From Callorhinchus milii (taxonomy: Eukaryota), in NCBI RefSeq assembly GCF_018977255.1, contig NW_024704743.1, positions 102,302,001 to 102,366,000 on the forward strand: a stretch of DNA of 64,000 nt, read 5' to 3'. Numbering within the stretch: position 1 is the first letter of the stretch; every line of letters begins with the position of its first letter. The position numbers were made by a program, and so were the translations under genes. A model generated the notes under the pieces. That model saw only the letters and a program-made list of their open reading frames with translations, was not told the DNA's origin and did not search any database. Below, one piece after another: positions 1-12,235 of this stretch.

Positions 1-557
1 CTGGCAACGGAATGTCGGAATTGAGGCAGACCTCTGTGGCAGTCATGGTAGTCTGGTTCCTGAGCTCGGCAGGTCTGCAGTATTCTTGGCACTGCTAATG
101 TCAGCACAGCCATCCTAGCTGATTGGCAGGACCTGGAAGAGCAGACCATTCACTGGGGGCTGGGAGTCATCCCCCTCAGCACTCATTAACCTTGCAAACC
201 AAAGCCCTAATGGGTTGGGTGGTCCTAGCTGGACAAACAGTGGGAAAGCTTGCCAGGGACCAATAGCAATGGTAAGCTATACGGTTTTAGCTGGTTAGAC
301 TCCAGTAGTATCCCAATGCACACTCTGGAGTCCCGAAGCCTTAGCTCTTGTCAACCTGACCTAATACTTCCAGAATTAGATAAGCAAAATGTGTCCCACC
401 AGGCAGTGAGGGCACATTGCAATGCAACCATCTATCTCTGGAAGCTTCATGTGTAGGTGGGTTGCATGGAAATATCATCTTGGGTTGGGTACACTTTAGC
501 ATGGTGATGGGTTTACACATGTGGCAGATACCCAGATGAACCCACCTACCCAAAAAA
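1..557 (+). repeat. Unclassified ~560-bp interspersed repeat, copy A (cut by window start)
   Basis: Colinear with 6885-7436 and 37550-38138 (shared blocks GCAA(A/G)CCAAAGC, GGTCCTAGCT, CAATGGTAAGCTAT, CATGTGTAGGTGGG, AGCATGGTGATGGGTTT); ends in an A-run. Strand is arbitrary. Confidence 0.85.
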
Positions 558-625
558 AAGAAATTGCTGCTGCAATGGCTAAACTCCCTGTTTTTGTGGT
601 GGAAATTTTCTGTGATATGATAATT

Positions 626-935
626 ATCTTCAGAGAGATTAAGGAGAAGGAGGAGGTGGCGGGAACCCTGGTTGCTGATGGACAAAATGTTATTTGTCAC
701 TTTGATCAAAGCTGTTTCTGTGCTGTGGGCGTCACGGAAACCTGATTAGAGGGTTTGTGAAGGGAATGGCGGGAGAGGAAGGAGCGAAGCTGACTCTTTC
801 CAGTTCCTAGGAAACGAAGGTTGGAGTTGGGGTGGTAATTTGAGAGCAGGGATGGATCCAGGGAGGATTTTTGAAGAATAGGAGTGATAAAAGCCATTTT
901 TAAAGGGGGGGGAACAATAAAGGAGGAGAATTAAA
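626..935 (-). mobile_element. L2 LINE ORF2 internal fragment
   Basis: Minus-strand translation ...ITPILQKSSLDPSLLSNYHPNSNL... and ...GFRDAHSTETALIKVTNNIL..., homologous to the L2 at 8840-9110. Confidence 0.85.
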
Positions 936-1063
936 CGTCGCTATACAAATGCAAGTTGTTGTTGTTTCAGATTTCCAGCATCTGCAGTATTTTGTGTTTT
1001 GTTGTTTCTGTTGTTGTAATATACACTGGCCCAATTAATGGCTTTATTTATCTACCTGAACAA

Positions 1064-1360
1064 AACAGCAACATTATCTTGCATTTATACAGCACCCTTC
1101 ACGTGGGATAATGTCTTGCGTGATTATCAGTGACTAAGTCGGGCAAGGTAGAGGGGGATGGGGAATGGAAGAGGTGACCCTATATAGGCATGGTTGAAGA
1201 GGTAGGTTTTAAGGCAGGATGTCAAGCCAGATAAAGAGAGGGCAAAACACAGGGTTAGAAGTAAGGTGTTCCAGGGATTTGGGGTGCAGTGATTAAATTA
1301 TCTGCTACCAATGGGGTTGCAGGTGGGAAAGGAATCAAGCAACAAGCCTGAGTTAGAAGA
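1064..1360 (-). mobile_element. Old L2 3' fragment
   Basis: Reverse L2-type tail (caacattatcttgcatttatacagcacc) followed by purine-rich sequence resembling the reverse of the L2 3' end. Confidence 0.55.
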
Positions 1361-2453
1361 TTAAATCCCGAAAACAAATTAACTTCACAAAGAGAATTTA
1401 TTTGTTTCAGCAATTCAATTTATTTCCTCTCTGAATAAATGGGGAAAATGGGAAGGGGAGGGGTGGGTGAAACACATTGAACAAGGAACCTCCCTTGGAA
1501 TCAGAATGGCATTTGTGGCCAAGGAACTTACTGGCTTCTATACAATCTGTATTCTCTTGTGGTATTCCATCAACCTAGATAAGAAAATTAGGACATTCAG
1601 CCAAGCAGATTAATATGGTCATTAGCCAGTCTTGTCCATGCACCTCATCGATGTTGGCAATCAGATGTCTCTTTATGCCTCAAGCCTCATGCTCCGGTTG
1701 AATTCTGAGGCAGTCGTGAGTACCACTTGGCTCAGCGTGACACTCCAAATAATAATGCCTCTATCAGAAACCTCACTGCAGGCAATATGGACTTTGAATT
1801 ATTTAGGCAGCACTGACAGTAGCTATCGGCTCACTGTGTTTACCTTCCAATAATGTAAATATATTTAACCTCTGTGTCAAATTCGTTTTCCTTTTTAGTC
1901 AAAATACAGGTTGACAAATGAAAAGTTTGTTGAACAAAATCAAAGTGTTGTGTAATGCTTCTTCGAAAGCTATAGTTTCATTACAGCTACAGTCTGTCAG
2001 ACAGGACACTTCCCTAAAGGGTTCTCTCATGCTTGCTGTGCGCTTCCAAATGCTAGTCTGATTTGTGCTGGGTAATTCATCAAGTTAATTTGAAAGTGTG
2101 CAATTTGTTTTACAAAAAAATGTATACTGCACCTTTAAAGACAGTAATGCATAAGATCTAGTAATAGTTCATGCATTGTAGCAAACTTTGATTAAATTAT
2201 GAGTTGCAATATGAATCATGCTATGCCTCAGGCATTCTTTGACATTCATTTGGAATGATTTCCTACATTACAATAAAACCATCTCTATTATGACCATCTA
2301 CACTGGTATGGAATATTTGTCTGTGAGCATTTTCATATTGGAGGACACAAAGTAAGCTATGGTTCATTGGGGTTTTAAGCAAACCCCCCACATCCCCACC
2401 CCCTCCCCCAAGGTTTAGCTTACAAATAATAATGGAAAATAGTAATCATCCTT

Positions 2454-2706
2454 CCCGGCTTCTTTTAGTCAGCTGAATGTCTGACACATGCAGATACCCA
2501 TCGCTGTGCTTAAGAGTATCCAAACCAGATTGAGAGATACACATATAGCGTGAATTCCAAATTTCCATGGAATGGATGTGCATTCTCTCCCTGGGAGAAT
2601 GTACTCTGTTGACAAAATTCTGTGGAGATTATTAGTTGGTGAGAGCCAAGGTATGAGTTGGGGTGCTGCTGGAGTTTACCAGTTCAAACTGCATAGTTTG
2701 CCTTCA
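2454..2706 (-). repeat. Unclassified repeat copy B, first part (split by CR1)
   Basis: Reverse complement of the 3' half of copies A/C (gtcagctgaatgtctgac...gcttaagagtatccaaacc...aaactgcatag). Confidence 0.8.
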
Positions 2707-2709
2707 GAA

Positions 2710-5160
2710 AATTATAGAATCATAGAATTATATAGCACAGAAGGAGGCCATTTTCGTGTCTGTGCCAGCTTTTCGAAAAGAGCTATCTAAATCAATCCCA
2801 TTCACCTGCGCTCTCATGATAGCCCTGCAAACTTGCCCTCCCCAAATAATTATCTATTCTCTTAAAAGCTGTTATCGAACCGGCTTCCACCACACCTTCA
2901 GGCAATACATTCCAGATCTGAACAACTCGCTATGTGAAAAACATTCTTCTCACCTCCCCTCTGTTTCTTTCAACAGCTATTTTAAATTGCCTAGGAATAC
3001 TAATCCACCTGCCAGTGGAAATAATTTTTCAATATGGAGTCCTGTAGCTCAGTGGTTAGGGCACTCGCTTTGCAAGCGAGAGACCTGAGTTCAATTCCAG
3101 ACAGGGCGAAACCTTGGACAAGTTTCCTTACTCCACACGCCTAATAATAATCCCTCCAAAACCAAAAAAAAACAATAATAATAAATTGGTCATTTTCAAT
3201 CCACGACTGTTTGTGGGACATTGCTGTGCGCAATTGGCTGCCGCGTTCGCCCACAAATATACAGTCAATTCACTTTACAGTGTGTTCTGTGAAGCGCTTT
3301 GGGACGTCCTCCCGACGTGAAAAGCGCTATATCAAATGCAAGGATTATTATTATTATTATTATAATGTTCGCCCTATCGAATTCCCTCATAATTTTGACA
3401 ACTTCTATCAAGTCTCCTCTTAACCTTCTCTGCTCCAAGGAGAATGATCCTAGCTTCTCAAGCCACTCTTCATAACTGAAGTCCTTCATTCCTGGTATTA
3501 TCCTAGTAAATCTCTGTTGCACCCTCTCCAATGCTTTGACATCCTTCCTAAAGTGTGGTGCCCAGAATTGAACACAGTACTCTAGCTGAGTCCTAACCAA
3601 TGACTTATAAAGGTTCATCATAAATTGTTTACTTTTGTATTCTAAATCCTTATTTATAAAGCCAAGGATCCTGTATGCTTTTTTAACAGCTTTATCTACC
3701 TGTCCTGATACCTTCAAAGATTTAAATCCATGAACCCCCAGGTCTCTCTTTTCCTTCACCCCCTTTAAGATTGTACCATCAGCTTATATTGCCTCTCCTC
3801 ATTCTTCTTCCCAAAATGCATCACTTTGCAATTCTCCACATTAAATTTCATCTGCCCATTTTACCAGTTGCATTCCTATGTCCATTTGCAGTCTGTTACT
3901 ATCCTCCTCATTGTTTACTACTTTTCCTAGCTTAGTATCATCTGCAAACGTGTAAATTGTACTCCCTATACACAAGTCCAGATCATTTATACAGATCAAA
4001 AACAGCAGTGGTCCCAATACTGACCCCTGAGGGACACCACTGTACACTTCCTTCCAGTCAGAAAAACAACGTTCACCACGACTCTCTGCTTTCTGTCCCC
4101 CAGCTAGTTCTGTATCCATGTTGCCACTGTCCCTTTGATACTGTCGGCTTCTATTTTGCTTACAAGTCTCTTATGTGACACTTTATCAAATGCCTTTTAA
4201 AAATCCACATAAACTACATCAACTGCACTACCTTCATCCACCCTCTCTGTTACTTGATCGAAAATTTCTATCAGGTTTTTTAGACACGATTTGCATTTAA
4301 GAAATCTGTGTTGGCTGTCATTTATTAACCCATATTTTTATAAGTAAAAATTTATTTTGTCCTGGATTATAGTCTCTAGAAGTTTCCCCATTCCTGACAT
4401 TAGGCTGACTGGCCTGCAGTTCCCGGGTTTATCCTTCTGCCCCTTTTTGTTCAGGGGAGTAACATTTGCAACCCTAATTCCTCTGGCATCACTCCGGTGT
4501 TCAAGTAGGATTGAAAGATTGTGGCCAGATCCCTTGCTATTTCCACCTTTACTTCCCTCAGTAACTTAGGATGCATCAAGTCCAGACTTGACTTATTTAC
4601 CTTGAGTACTGTCAACCTTTTTAGTACCTCTCTGTTTATTCTTAGCCTATCCAAGTTCTCTACTTTCTCCTCTGATCCTATGGCATTGGCTGCATCCTCT
4701 TTTGTGAAGACAGATACAATATACTGATTCAGAACCTTAACCATGCCCTCTGCCTCCACAAGAATATCCTCTTTGGTCGCTAATTGGCCCCACCCTAGCT
4801 TTGACTAAACTTTTATTGTTTATATGCTAATAAAATACCTTAGGGTTCCTTTTTATGTTACCCACTAATCTTTTTTCATACAATCTCTTTGCCCCTCATT
4901 TCCTTTTTCAGTTCTTCTCTGAACTTTCTATATTCTATTTGATACTCTTCTGTATTTTGGACCTGAGATTTTCATAAACCTCTTTTTTCTGTTTTATTTT
5001 AATCCAAATTTCCTTGTTCATCCAGGGAGATTTGTATGCCCTACATTTCCCCTTCATAGGAATGTATTTGTTTTGTCCCCGAACTATCTTTTCCTTGAAG
5101 GCTTCCCATTGCTCGTTAGCTGTTTTACCTGCCAATCTTTCTTTCCAGTCCACCTTGGCT
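2710..5160 (-). mobile_element. CR1 LINE, 5'-truncated, degenerate ORF2 (RT) plus 3' UTR
   Basis: ORFs 3265-3759 (LEYCVQFWAPHFRKD), 3841-4119 ([20 protein letters not shown]), 4451-4759, 4935-5177; CR1-type (TTCTATGA)n tail on the minus strand at 2710-2730. Confidence 0.95.
3035..3364 (+). mobile_element. Young tRNA-Ala-derived SINE, full length, inserted in CR1
   Basis: A box TAGCTCAGTGG, anticodon arm CTCGC-TTTGCAA-GCGAG, B box GTTCAATTCC, Deu-like block, L2-like tail, (ATT)n end. Confidence 0.95.
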
Positions 5161-5221
5161 AGGACAACAACTAGCATCTATATAGCAGCCTTCATGTGGG
5201 GTAGCATCCCGGAGAACTTCT

Positions 5222-5365
5222 AGGAAGCTTGTCGAGCTAGAATCACTATCTCCATTTAGGCTTTAGCTTGCAGCATTGCCAGGAACTGGCTTTGTGAAGA
5301 ATCCTTGGTCCCAGTGTCCTCCAAATTATTCCAATGAGCCAGGCTGTTATCAGCAGTCAACCCAG
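5222..5365 (-). repeat. Unclassified repeat copy B, second part
   Basis: cttgtcgagctagaatc...tagggctttagcttgca resumes the repeat near where 2706 stops. Confidence 0.65.
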
Positions 5366-6151
5366 TGATTCAATTAATCACTCATTAATTACTTCCGCAG
5401 TAATGATTAACACTTGAAATCATTTACATTGTGATGTCCAAATGTAAAGTAAATCAACCCACATTTGTATTAGCTGCCCAGATTTACATTTGTCATTAAG
5501 TAGTAAACATTTGTACGCATTGGGAAATCTCCAAGGCTATGCTTTTCCAAGTGCATGAGTGTCTAATTTGCAATATTTGCATGTCAGATTCAGTGTGATA
5601 ATTATAATTTCTGGTTTGAATATGGAGAGCCACTTAATTTGCAATATTTACAAAACAACTAATTTATGCAATATATTAGGATGAGGGAATATTTACTGGA
5701 ATCTGCATCTCAAAAATAATTATACTCCCTGGACCTTGGAGAGTTACAATGAATAGGGAGGTCAAATTGATTAGGTTACTTAAGCACGTACACATGAAGC
5801 TTATAGCATTTCTCTGTATATAGAAGAGAGTTGTGAAAAATGATATATTTCTCTATAATAGGATGCCCAATTCAAAGTATTTTATTCTATTTTCTATTTA
5901 TTTTAGCTAATTTATAAAAAGAAAGTTCAGGCTCTATTACTGGTATCTCGAGAACATGAAATTTCAATTAGATGAACATAAGACAGCTATGGTTAATGTG
6001 TTTCCTTAACTGGTTTACCTGGAAATTTAACAGCTGTTGCAGTGAGATACTTGAGAGGGTTTCAACTGTGGTGTTGACCCACTGCACCATTTTGTACCCT
6101 GGCTTTCTGTTGTTCATCTCCTTTTCAATTTTCCACCCTCTACCCCACCTC

Positions 6152-6470
6152 GTGGAGTCCTGTATCTCAGTGGTTAGAGCATTCGCTTTTCAAGCAAGAG
6201 ACCTGAGTTCAATTCCAGACAGGGCGAAACCTTGGGCAAGTTTCCTTACTTCACACGCCTGATAATAATCCCTCCAAAACCAAAAACAATAATAAAATGG
6301 TCATTTTCAATCTACGACTGTTTGTGGGACATTGCTGTGCGCAATTGGCTGCGGCGTTCGCCCACAAATATACAGTCAATTCACTTTACAGTATATTCTG
6401 TGAAGCGCTTTGGGACGTCCTCCCGACGTGAAAAGCGCTATATCAAATGTAAGGATTATTATTATTATTA
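6152..6470 (+). mobile_element. Young tRNA-Ala SINE, full length
   Basis: Near-identical to 3035-3364. Confidence 0.95.
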
Positions 6471-6810
6471 TAGCGCCTTATCACGTCTTCGAGATGTCTT
6501 GAAGCTCTTCACAGAATATACTGTAAAGTGAATTGCCTGTATATTTTGTGGGCAAAACGCAGCAGCATGTTGAGCACAGTAGTGTCCCACAAACAGTTGT
6601 GGATTGAAGTGACCAAGTTATTATTATTTGTTTTGAGGAATTATTACAGAAAAGCGATCTGCCAATCAACTAACAACTGTGTTCCTATTTACTGCTAGGT
6701 TAACAGAGCTATGTGGAGAAAGGAAACTTGACCAACATTTCGCTCTGCCAGAAATCAAACCCTTTCTCTCTTGTGAGGCGAGTGCTCCAACAACTGAGTT
6801 ACAAGATCAG
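6469..6810 (-). mobile_element. Older long-form subfamily of the tRNA-Ala SINE
   Basis: Diverged head and 3' half plus an extra ~60-nt block (ctctgttaacctagcagtaaatagg...gatcgcttttctg). Confidence 0.85.
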
Positions 6811-6884
6811 TCATATCAAGTGATCAATTTTCCTTAACCAACTGGGGACTATTCTTCTTGAAAATAAGGTAACCTGCACTGATT

Positions 6885-7436
6885 CCAAGGTGACATGTTT
6901 GGCAATGGATTGTCAGAATCAAGCCAACCCTTTGTGGTGGTTTTGGTAACCCAGTTCCTTAGTCAGTTAGGTTTGCAGTATCCCAAGGAATTACTGATGG
7001 CAGACTCCCATACTGGTTCATCAGCAGGAGTAGGAAGGGCAGCCCAATCACTGGGAGCAGAGATTCTTTCCATTCAGTTCTGTTAACCCTGCAAGCCAAA
7101 GCTCCAATAGTTCGGATGGTCCTAGCTACAAAACCAGTGTGGAAGCTTGATAGCCAGTGCTTTCAATGGTAAGCTATGTGATTTAGTTGGTTAAACTCCA
7201 GCAGTACACTCTGGGGACCCTAAGCCATGGGTCTTGCTAGCATGCATATAATACTTTCTGGAATTAAGTAAGGAGGATGTGTCCCTCCAGGGAGAGTGCA
7301 CACTTCATTCCAAAATATGGAATTTCCATGTGTAGGTGGGATGCATGGAACTCTCAGTTTGGTTTGGATACTTTTAAGCATGATGATGGGTTTCTGCATG
7401 TGTCAGATACGCAGCTGACCGAAAAAAAATTCCCTT
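6885..7436 (+). repeat. Unclassified repeat copy C (most complete)
   Basis: Colinear with copy A over ~550 bp; ends GTCAG-N8-CTGAC, A8, TTCCC. Confidence 0.85.
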
Positions 7437-7484
7437 AACAAATACAGTAAATTCAAATGACTCCAATTGTGGTATTCGTATCTC

Positions 7485-10344
7485 AACCTTGATGAGAGCG
7501 TTGACATCATGGCCTTAACGGAAACCTGACTCACCACAGGCGACACCTTACCCCTCACTGAGGCCACACCACCCGGCTACACCTTCCACCACATCCCTCA
7601 CCCCAACCGCCGTGGCGGTGGTGTAGCCCTTATCTCAAGGACACCACTTGCCTTATCCCCCTACTCCTCTGGCTCTTTCCCCTCTTTCGAGCATCTCACC
7701 CTCTCCCACCTCTCCTTCCTCTCACTCAAAATCCTCCTCCTCTACCGGCCCCCTAAAATCTCTCCCACCTTCATCTCCGATATTTCGACATTTCTTACAT
7801 CTCTCTGCCTCTTCTCTGATCGCCTCATCATCCTGGGTGACTATCAAACTGCACTTCACCCCCTCCTGCTCCATCACCTCAGACTTCTCTTCCCTGCTCT
7901 CCTCGCTCAACCTCTCCCTCCACATCAACTCCCCCACTCACAGTCACGGCCACCCACTCGACTTGGTGATCACCCGAGACCTCAGTATCTCGGACGTCAC
8001 TATCACCGACAAGGCTGTCTCTGACCACCATTTCATCTCCTTCAACACCTCCACCCCCCGCCCCACCTCCACCAGACACACCACCATCTTCTATCGCCCC
8101 TGGAAGAAATTACCACCACAATCCCTAACTGCTCCCTTGGAGTCCTCTGAACTCCTCTCCCTCTGGCCTTCAACCCTCACTGACCCCTCTTCTCCTCTCA
8201 CCCTCCTCCAGAACACCCTCTCCTCCACACTCGATACTCTTGCCCCCATCACCTCCCGTTTAGTCTCCTACTCTCGCTCCTCCCCCGGTTCACCACCCAT
8301 CTCCGCTGACTGAAGAGCCAGGTGCGGGCCGCTGAACGCACCTGCGTCAAATCTGGCCTAACGGTCCACCGAGAAATCTGGCTGGATCGCCTCAAAATCT
8401 ACCGCTCCACTCCAGCCTCGGCCAAGTCGTCCTTGGAACAACCCCAGGCTACTGTTTTCTACCACATCCTGACTCCTCCGTTCCCCCCGCCACCCCGCGC
8501 AGGTCATCTCCTCCAACCTTCACTGCGAGAAGATGCTGGATTTCCTTGAATCCAAAATCAAGGGAATTCACTCCGCGGTCACTTCCCCTCCAACATCCAC
8601 CCACCCCCCCCCCTCCCTCCCACACTCCGACTCCTACCCATCCTCCCCTACACACTTTCGTACCCGATTCCCCACCCTCTGTCACCAAACTCATCCTATC
8701 CCTGAAACCCACCACCTGCTCCCTTGACCCCATCCCCACTCCACTCCTTATCTCTCAGCTCCACCTCCTTGCCCCACATATCACAGACATCGTCAACCTG
8801 TCCCTCTCCTCTGGCTCTGTTCCCATTCCCTTAAAAACTGCCACCATCACTCCCACCTTGAAAAAACCCTCCCTTGATGCGTCGCAGCTATCAAGCTACC
8901 GGCCCATCTCCAACCTCCCCTTCCTGTCCAAGGTCTTGGAAGGAGTTGTCACCTCCCAGCTGCGCTCTTTCCTCTCCGCCCATTGATTATTTGAACCCCT
9001 TCAGTCGGATTTCCGTGCTGCCCATAGCAAAGAAACTGCCCTGGTCAAGGTCACCAATGATATCCTGACCATCTGTGACCAGGGCTCCCTCTGCCTCCTC
9101 GTCCTCCTCGACCTATCGGCAGCATTCGATACGGTCGACCACGCTATCCTCCTCCACCGCTTGTCCTCCCACCTCAACCTTCAAGGCCCTGTCCTTGAGT
9201 GGTTTAGGTCGTACCTCTCCCACCGTCTTCACTTTGCTTCCACGAATGACTTTTCCTCCAGCCCCCGCACTGTCTCGTGCGGTGTCCCTCAGGGCTCTGT
9301 CCTCGGTCCCCTCCTCTTCACCCTCTATATGCTCCCCCTTGGTGACATCATCCGCAGACATGGGGTTAACTTCCACATGTATGCGGATGACACCCAACTC
9401 TACCTTTCCTCCTCTACCCTCAACTCCACGACCACCGATGTCCTGACAGCCTGCCTGTCCGACATCGAGTCCTGGACGAGAGACAACTTTCTTCAGCTCA
9501 ACGTGCGTAAAACTGAGGCCCTCCTGATTGGCTCGCGTCAGCGCCTCCGCACCTCAGGCGCTGACAGCATCAGCATCCAAGGCTGCACTCTCCACCTCTC
9601 AAAGCCAGTCAGGAACCTTGGTGTTCTGTTCGACCCTGAGCTGTCCTTTCTCCCTCATATCCGCGTCACAACTGGCACCGCCTTCCATCACCTCCGGAAC
9701 ATCGCCAGACTACGGCACTACCTCACCCCTCACGCTGCTGAAACTCTGGTCCACGCCTTTATCACCTCAAGGCTGGACTATGGGAACTCTCTCCTCGCCG
9801 GCCTTCCCGGCACCTCCCTCCACAAGCTGCGGGTCATTCAGAACTCTGCAGCTGGTATACTGTCCCGCACCAGGCTTCGCGAACACATCACTCCCACCCT
9901 CGCTCGCCTCCACTGGCTCCCCTTCCCCCAGAGGATCGAATTCAAGATCCTCATCCTCACCTACAAGGCCATTCACGGCCTTACTCCCTCCTACCTCTCT
10001 GACCTACTATCCCCCTACCTACCTGCCCGTTCCCTCTGTTACTCTGGCTCCGGTCTGCTCCACATCCCCCGCTCCAACCGCCCTACCATCGGTGGCCGGG
10101 CCTTCAGCCTCTCAGCCCCGAGGCTCTGGATCTCTATCCCCCAGTGCCTTCGCCTTTCCTCCTCCCTTTCCTCCTTCAAGGCCGGTCTCAAGACCTTTCT
10201 CTTTGACCCCCTCCTCGCTCCCTCCCTTCCCTCCCCTCACCATTTCCCACCTGCTCGGGTCCTGACCTAACTGTACAGTGCCTTGGGACGTCCTCCTGAC
10301 TTGAAAGGCGCTCTATAAATGGAATCTTGTTGTTCTTGTTGTTG
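7485..10344 (+). mobile_element. L2 LINE: near-complete ORF2 (APE endonuclease + RT) with stops/frameshifts and 3' tail
   Basis: DIMALTET* at ~7503, THSHGHPLDL and SDHH endonuclease motifs (7648-8313), [33 protein letters not shown]; tail ...gaaaggcgctctataaat...(GTT)n. Confidence 0.97.
9161..10270 (+). pseudogene. Longest open segment of L2 ORF2 (RT core and C-terminus, 369 aa)
   Basis: [19 protein letters not shown] and [10 protein letters not shown] motifs; upstream ORF2 is disrupted. Confidence 0.9.
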
Positions 10345-10436
10345 CCTGGATGGTAAACTTTGAACTGGTGTTAACTTACATTTTGATAGAACTGAAATGC
10401 ACCCAACATTAACTGTATTTGGTTATCCCACTTGTG

Positions 10437-10812
10437 GTTGCCCCCTCGTACCTCTCTGACTTGCTGACTCCCTACCAACCTATCCGCTCCCTCCGTTCAT
10501 CGGGCTCCGGCCTGCTCCATGTCTCCCACCTGACTCCCCACCATCAGTGGCCGGGCTTTCAGCCTCTCTGCCCCCAAACTCTGGAACTCCATCCCACAGT
10601 CCCTTCACCTCGCTTCCTCCCTTAGCTCCTTCAAGGCCGGTCTCAAGACCCTTCTCTTCGACCGTGCCTTTGGTCTCCCTCCCACCTCTCTGCCTTCTCT
10701 CACCCCTACACCACCCCTCCCCCATGCTCGGGCCCCAACACCTGACTGTTCAGTGCTTTGGGACATTCTCCCGACATGAAAGACACTCTATAAATGTAAT
10801 TTTGTTGTTGTT
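10437..10812 (+). mobile_element. L2 3' fragment
   Basis: [27 protein letters not shown]2 tail with (GTT)n. Confidence 0.9.
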
Positions 10813-10955
10813 GTATCCCACAAGCACATCTGAACTGCCTTGATAGTGACTCTCTACAAATAACCCATGTTGAGGATGATCATAAGCAAGGTGCCTGCAA
10901 TGCCAGGACAAGGACATCATTTGAATGGCTTAGTACAGAACCATCTGTACTAAGC

Positions 10956-11223
10956 AAAACCTTGGGCAAGTTTCCTTACTCCACACGCCTAATAATAATA
11001 ATAATAATAATAATAATCCCTCCAAAACCAAAAACAATAATTAAATTGGTCATTTTCAATCTACGACTGTTTGTGGGACATTGCTGTGTGCAATTGGCTG
11101 CCGCATTCGCCTACAAATATACAATCAATTCACTTTACAGTGTGTTCTGTGAAGCGCTTTGGGACGTCCTCCCGACGTGAAAAGCGCTATATCAAATGCA
11201 AGGATTATTATTATTATTATTAT
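10956..11223 (+). mobile_element. Young SINE, 5'-truncated, with expanded internal (AAT)n
   Basis: Starts at aaaccttgggcaag; matches 3035-3364. Confidence 0.95.
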
Positions 11224-11461
11224 CTTGATCTTTTCAGGCACATCATTATGTTCTGGTTATTCTTGGCTATTCTTCACTACTCCTGTAATTAGGGATTGAG
11301 AACAGATAGGTCCAACAATAGTAGAACCACTACTGTGTAATCAAAGGTATATTAAATTCAGTGGATAGAACGTGCAGAAATATTGCCAATAAAAGCTACT
11401 TGAAGCAACTGTGACCCAATCCTGCAGAAAATTGATAAAAGGCAGAGATGGGATCGCTGTA

Positions 11462-11535
11462 ATTTCATAGAATCATAGAATTGTACAGCACAAAAAGAGG
11501 CCATTCGGCCCATCAAGCTTGTGCCGGCTCTTTGA
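11462..11535 (-). mobile_element. CR1 3' tail fragment
   Basis: catagaatcatagaattgtacagcaca...ggccattcggccc, same tail as at 2710. Confidence 0.75.
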
Positions 11536-12073
11536 ATAGAATTTGTCTGAGAGAAACTTGAAGATTTTGTTTGACTGGTTGGTGAACAGATGTGAAGTCT
11601 ATGGATGGAAAGCAATGAGCTGAACTTTGGTAACTAGGTAATCTCTGTTCAAAAAATGTTTGCCTACAAATCCACAATTAATTTAGTAAAATCCCATAAA
11701 ACACTTTGAGATGTTCTTTGAGGTGATAAGAGGGTATGTTAAAAAAATATTATTAATATGAATAAGTGTGTAAGCAGTTGGATTTGAGAAGAAAAGGGAA
11801 AGGTAGAACCTTTGATCTAGGATAGATAGTTGAACATGCTTTGTATTACTGTGAGGCAAGGAGTCTAAAGGATATCAAAGAAATTATTAGGCTTACCCCA
11901 ATGCCTTCAGTAGGATTATTTATGAGCTATAATAAAAGCTGAGAAAAGTGAATCATTGTTTTTTTATTTTTAGCAGTAAAGCAAAGGCCATATAAATTTA
12001 CACTGACATTACTGCAAGAACTCAGTAGATTGTGAAGTGTGTGATATTTTCTAAAGTTTATTTGAAACTGAAT

Positions 12074-12235
12074 GATAATAATCCTTGCATTTGATATAAT
12101 GCTTCATCGAGTCATCTAACCAGCTCAAAGTGCTTCACAAGATTTACTGTAAAGTGACAATTTATTTGTAGGTGAATCCAGCAGGCAATTTGTGCACAAC
12201 AATGTCCAATTCAGCCAGGTGGCGAATGACCAACA
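12074..12235 (-). mobile_element. Old SINE 3' half
   Basis: ataataatccttgcatttgatat...gtgcacaacaatgtcc. Confidence 0.7.

Noticed and set aside
3035..3110. tRNA-Ala gene calls at SINE heads
   Set aside because: Each is fused to the same ~250-nt body and L2-like tail in many dispersed copies; these are SINEs.
3114..3423. Recurrent ORFs MGKFPYSTRL... and MWDIAVRNWLPRSPT...YYYY
   Set aside because: Chance read-through of the SINE body, repeated with every copy.
6885..7500. Unclassified repeat as the 5' UTR of the adjacent L2
   Set aside because: The other five copies are not followed by a same-strand L2 ORF2 start, and the L2 here appears 5'-truncated within the endonuclease.
7485..10270. Active L2 element
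   Set aside because: In-frame stop in the endonuclease (TET*), several frameshifts, and no 5' UTR or ORF1.
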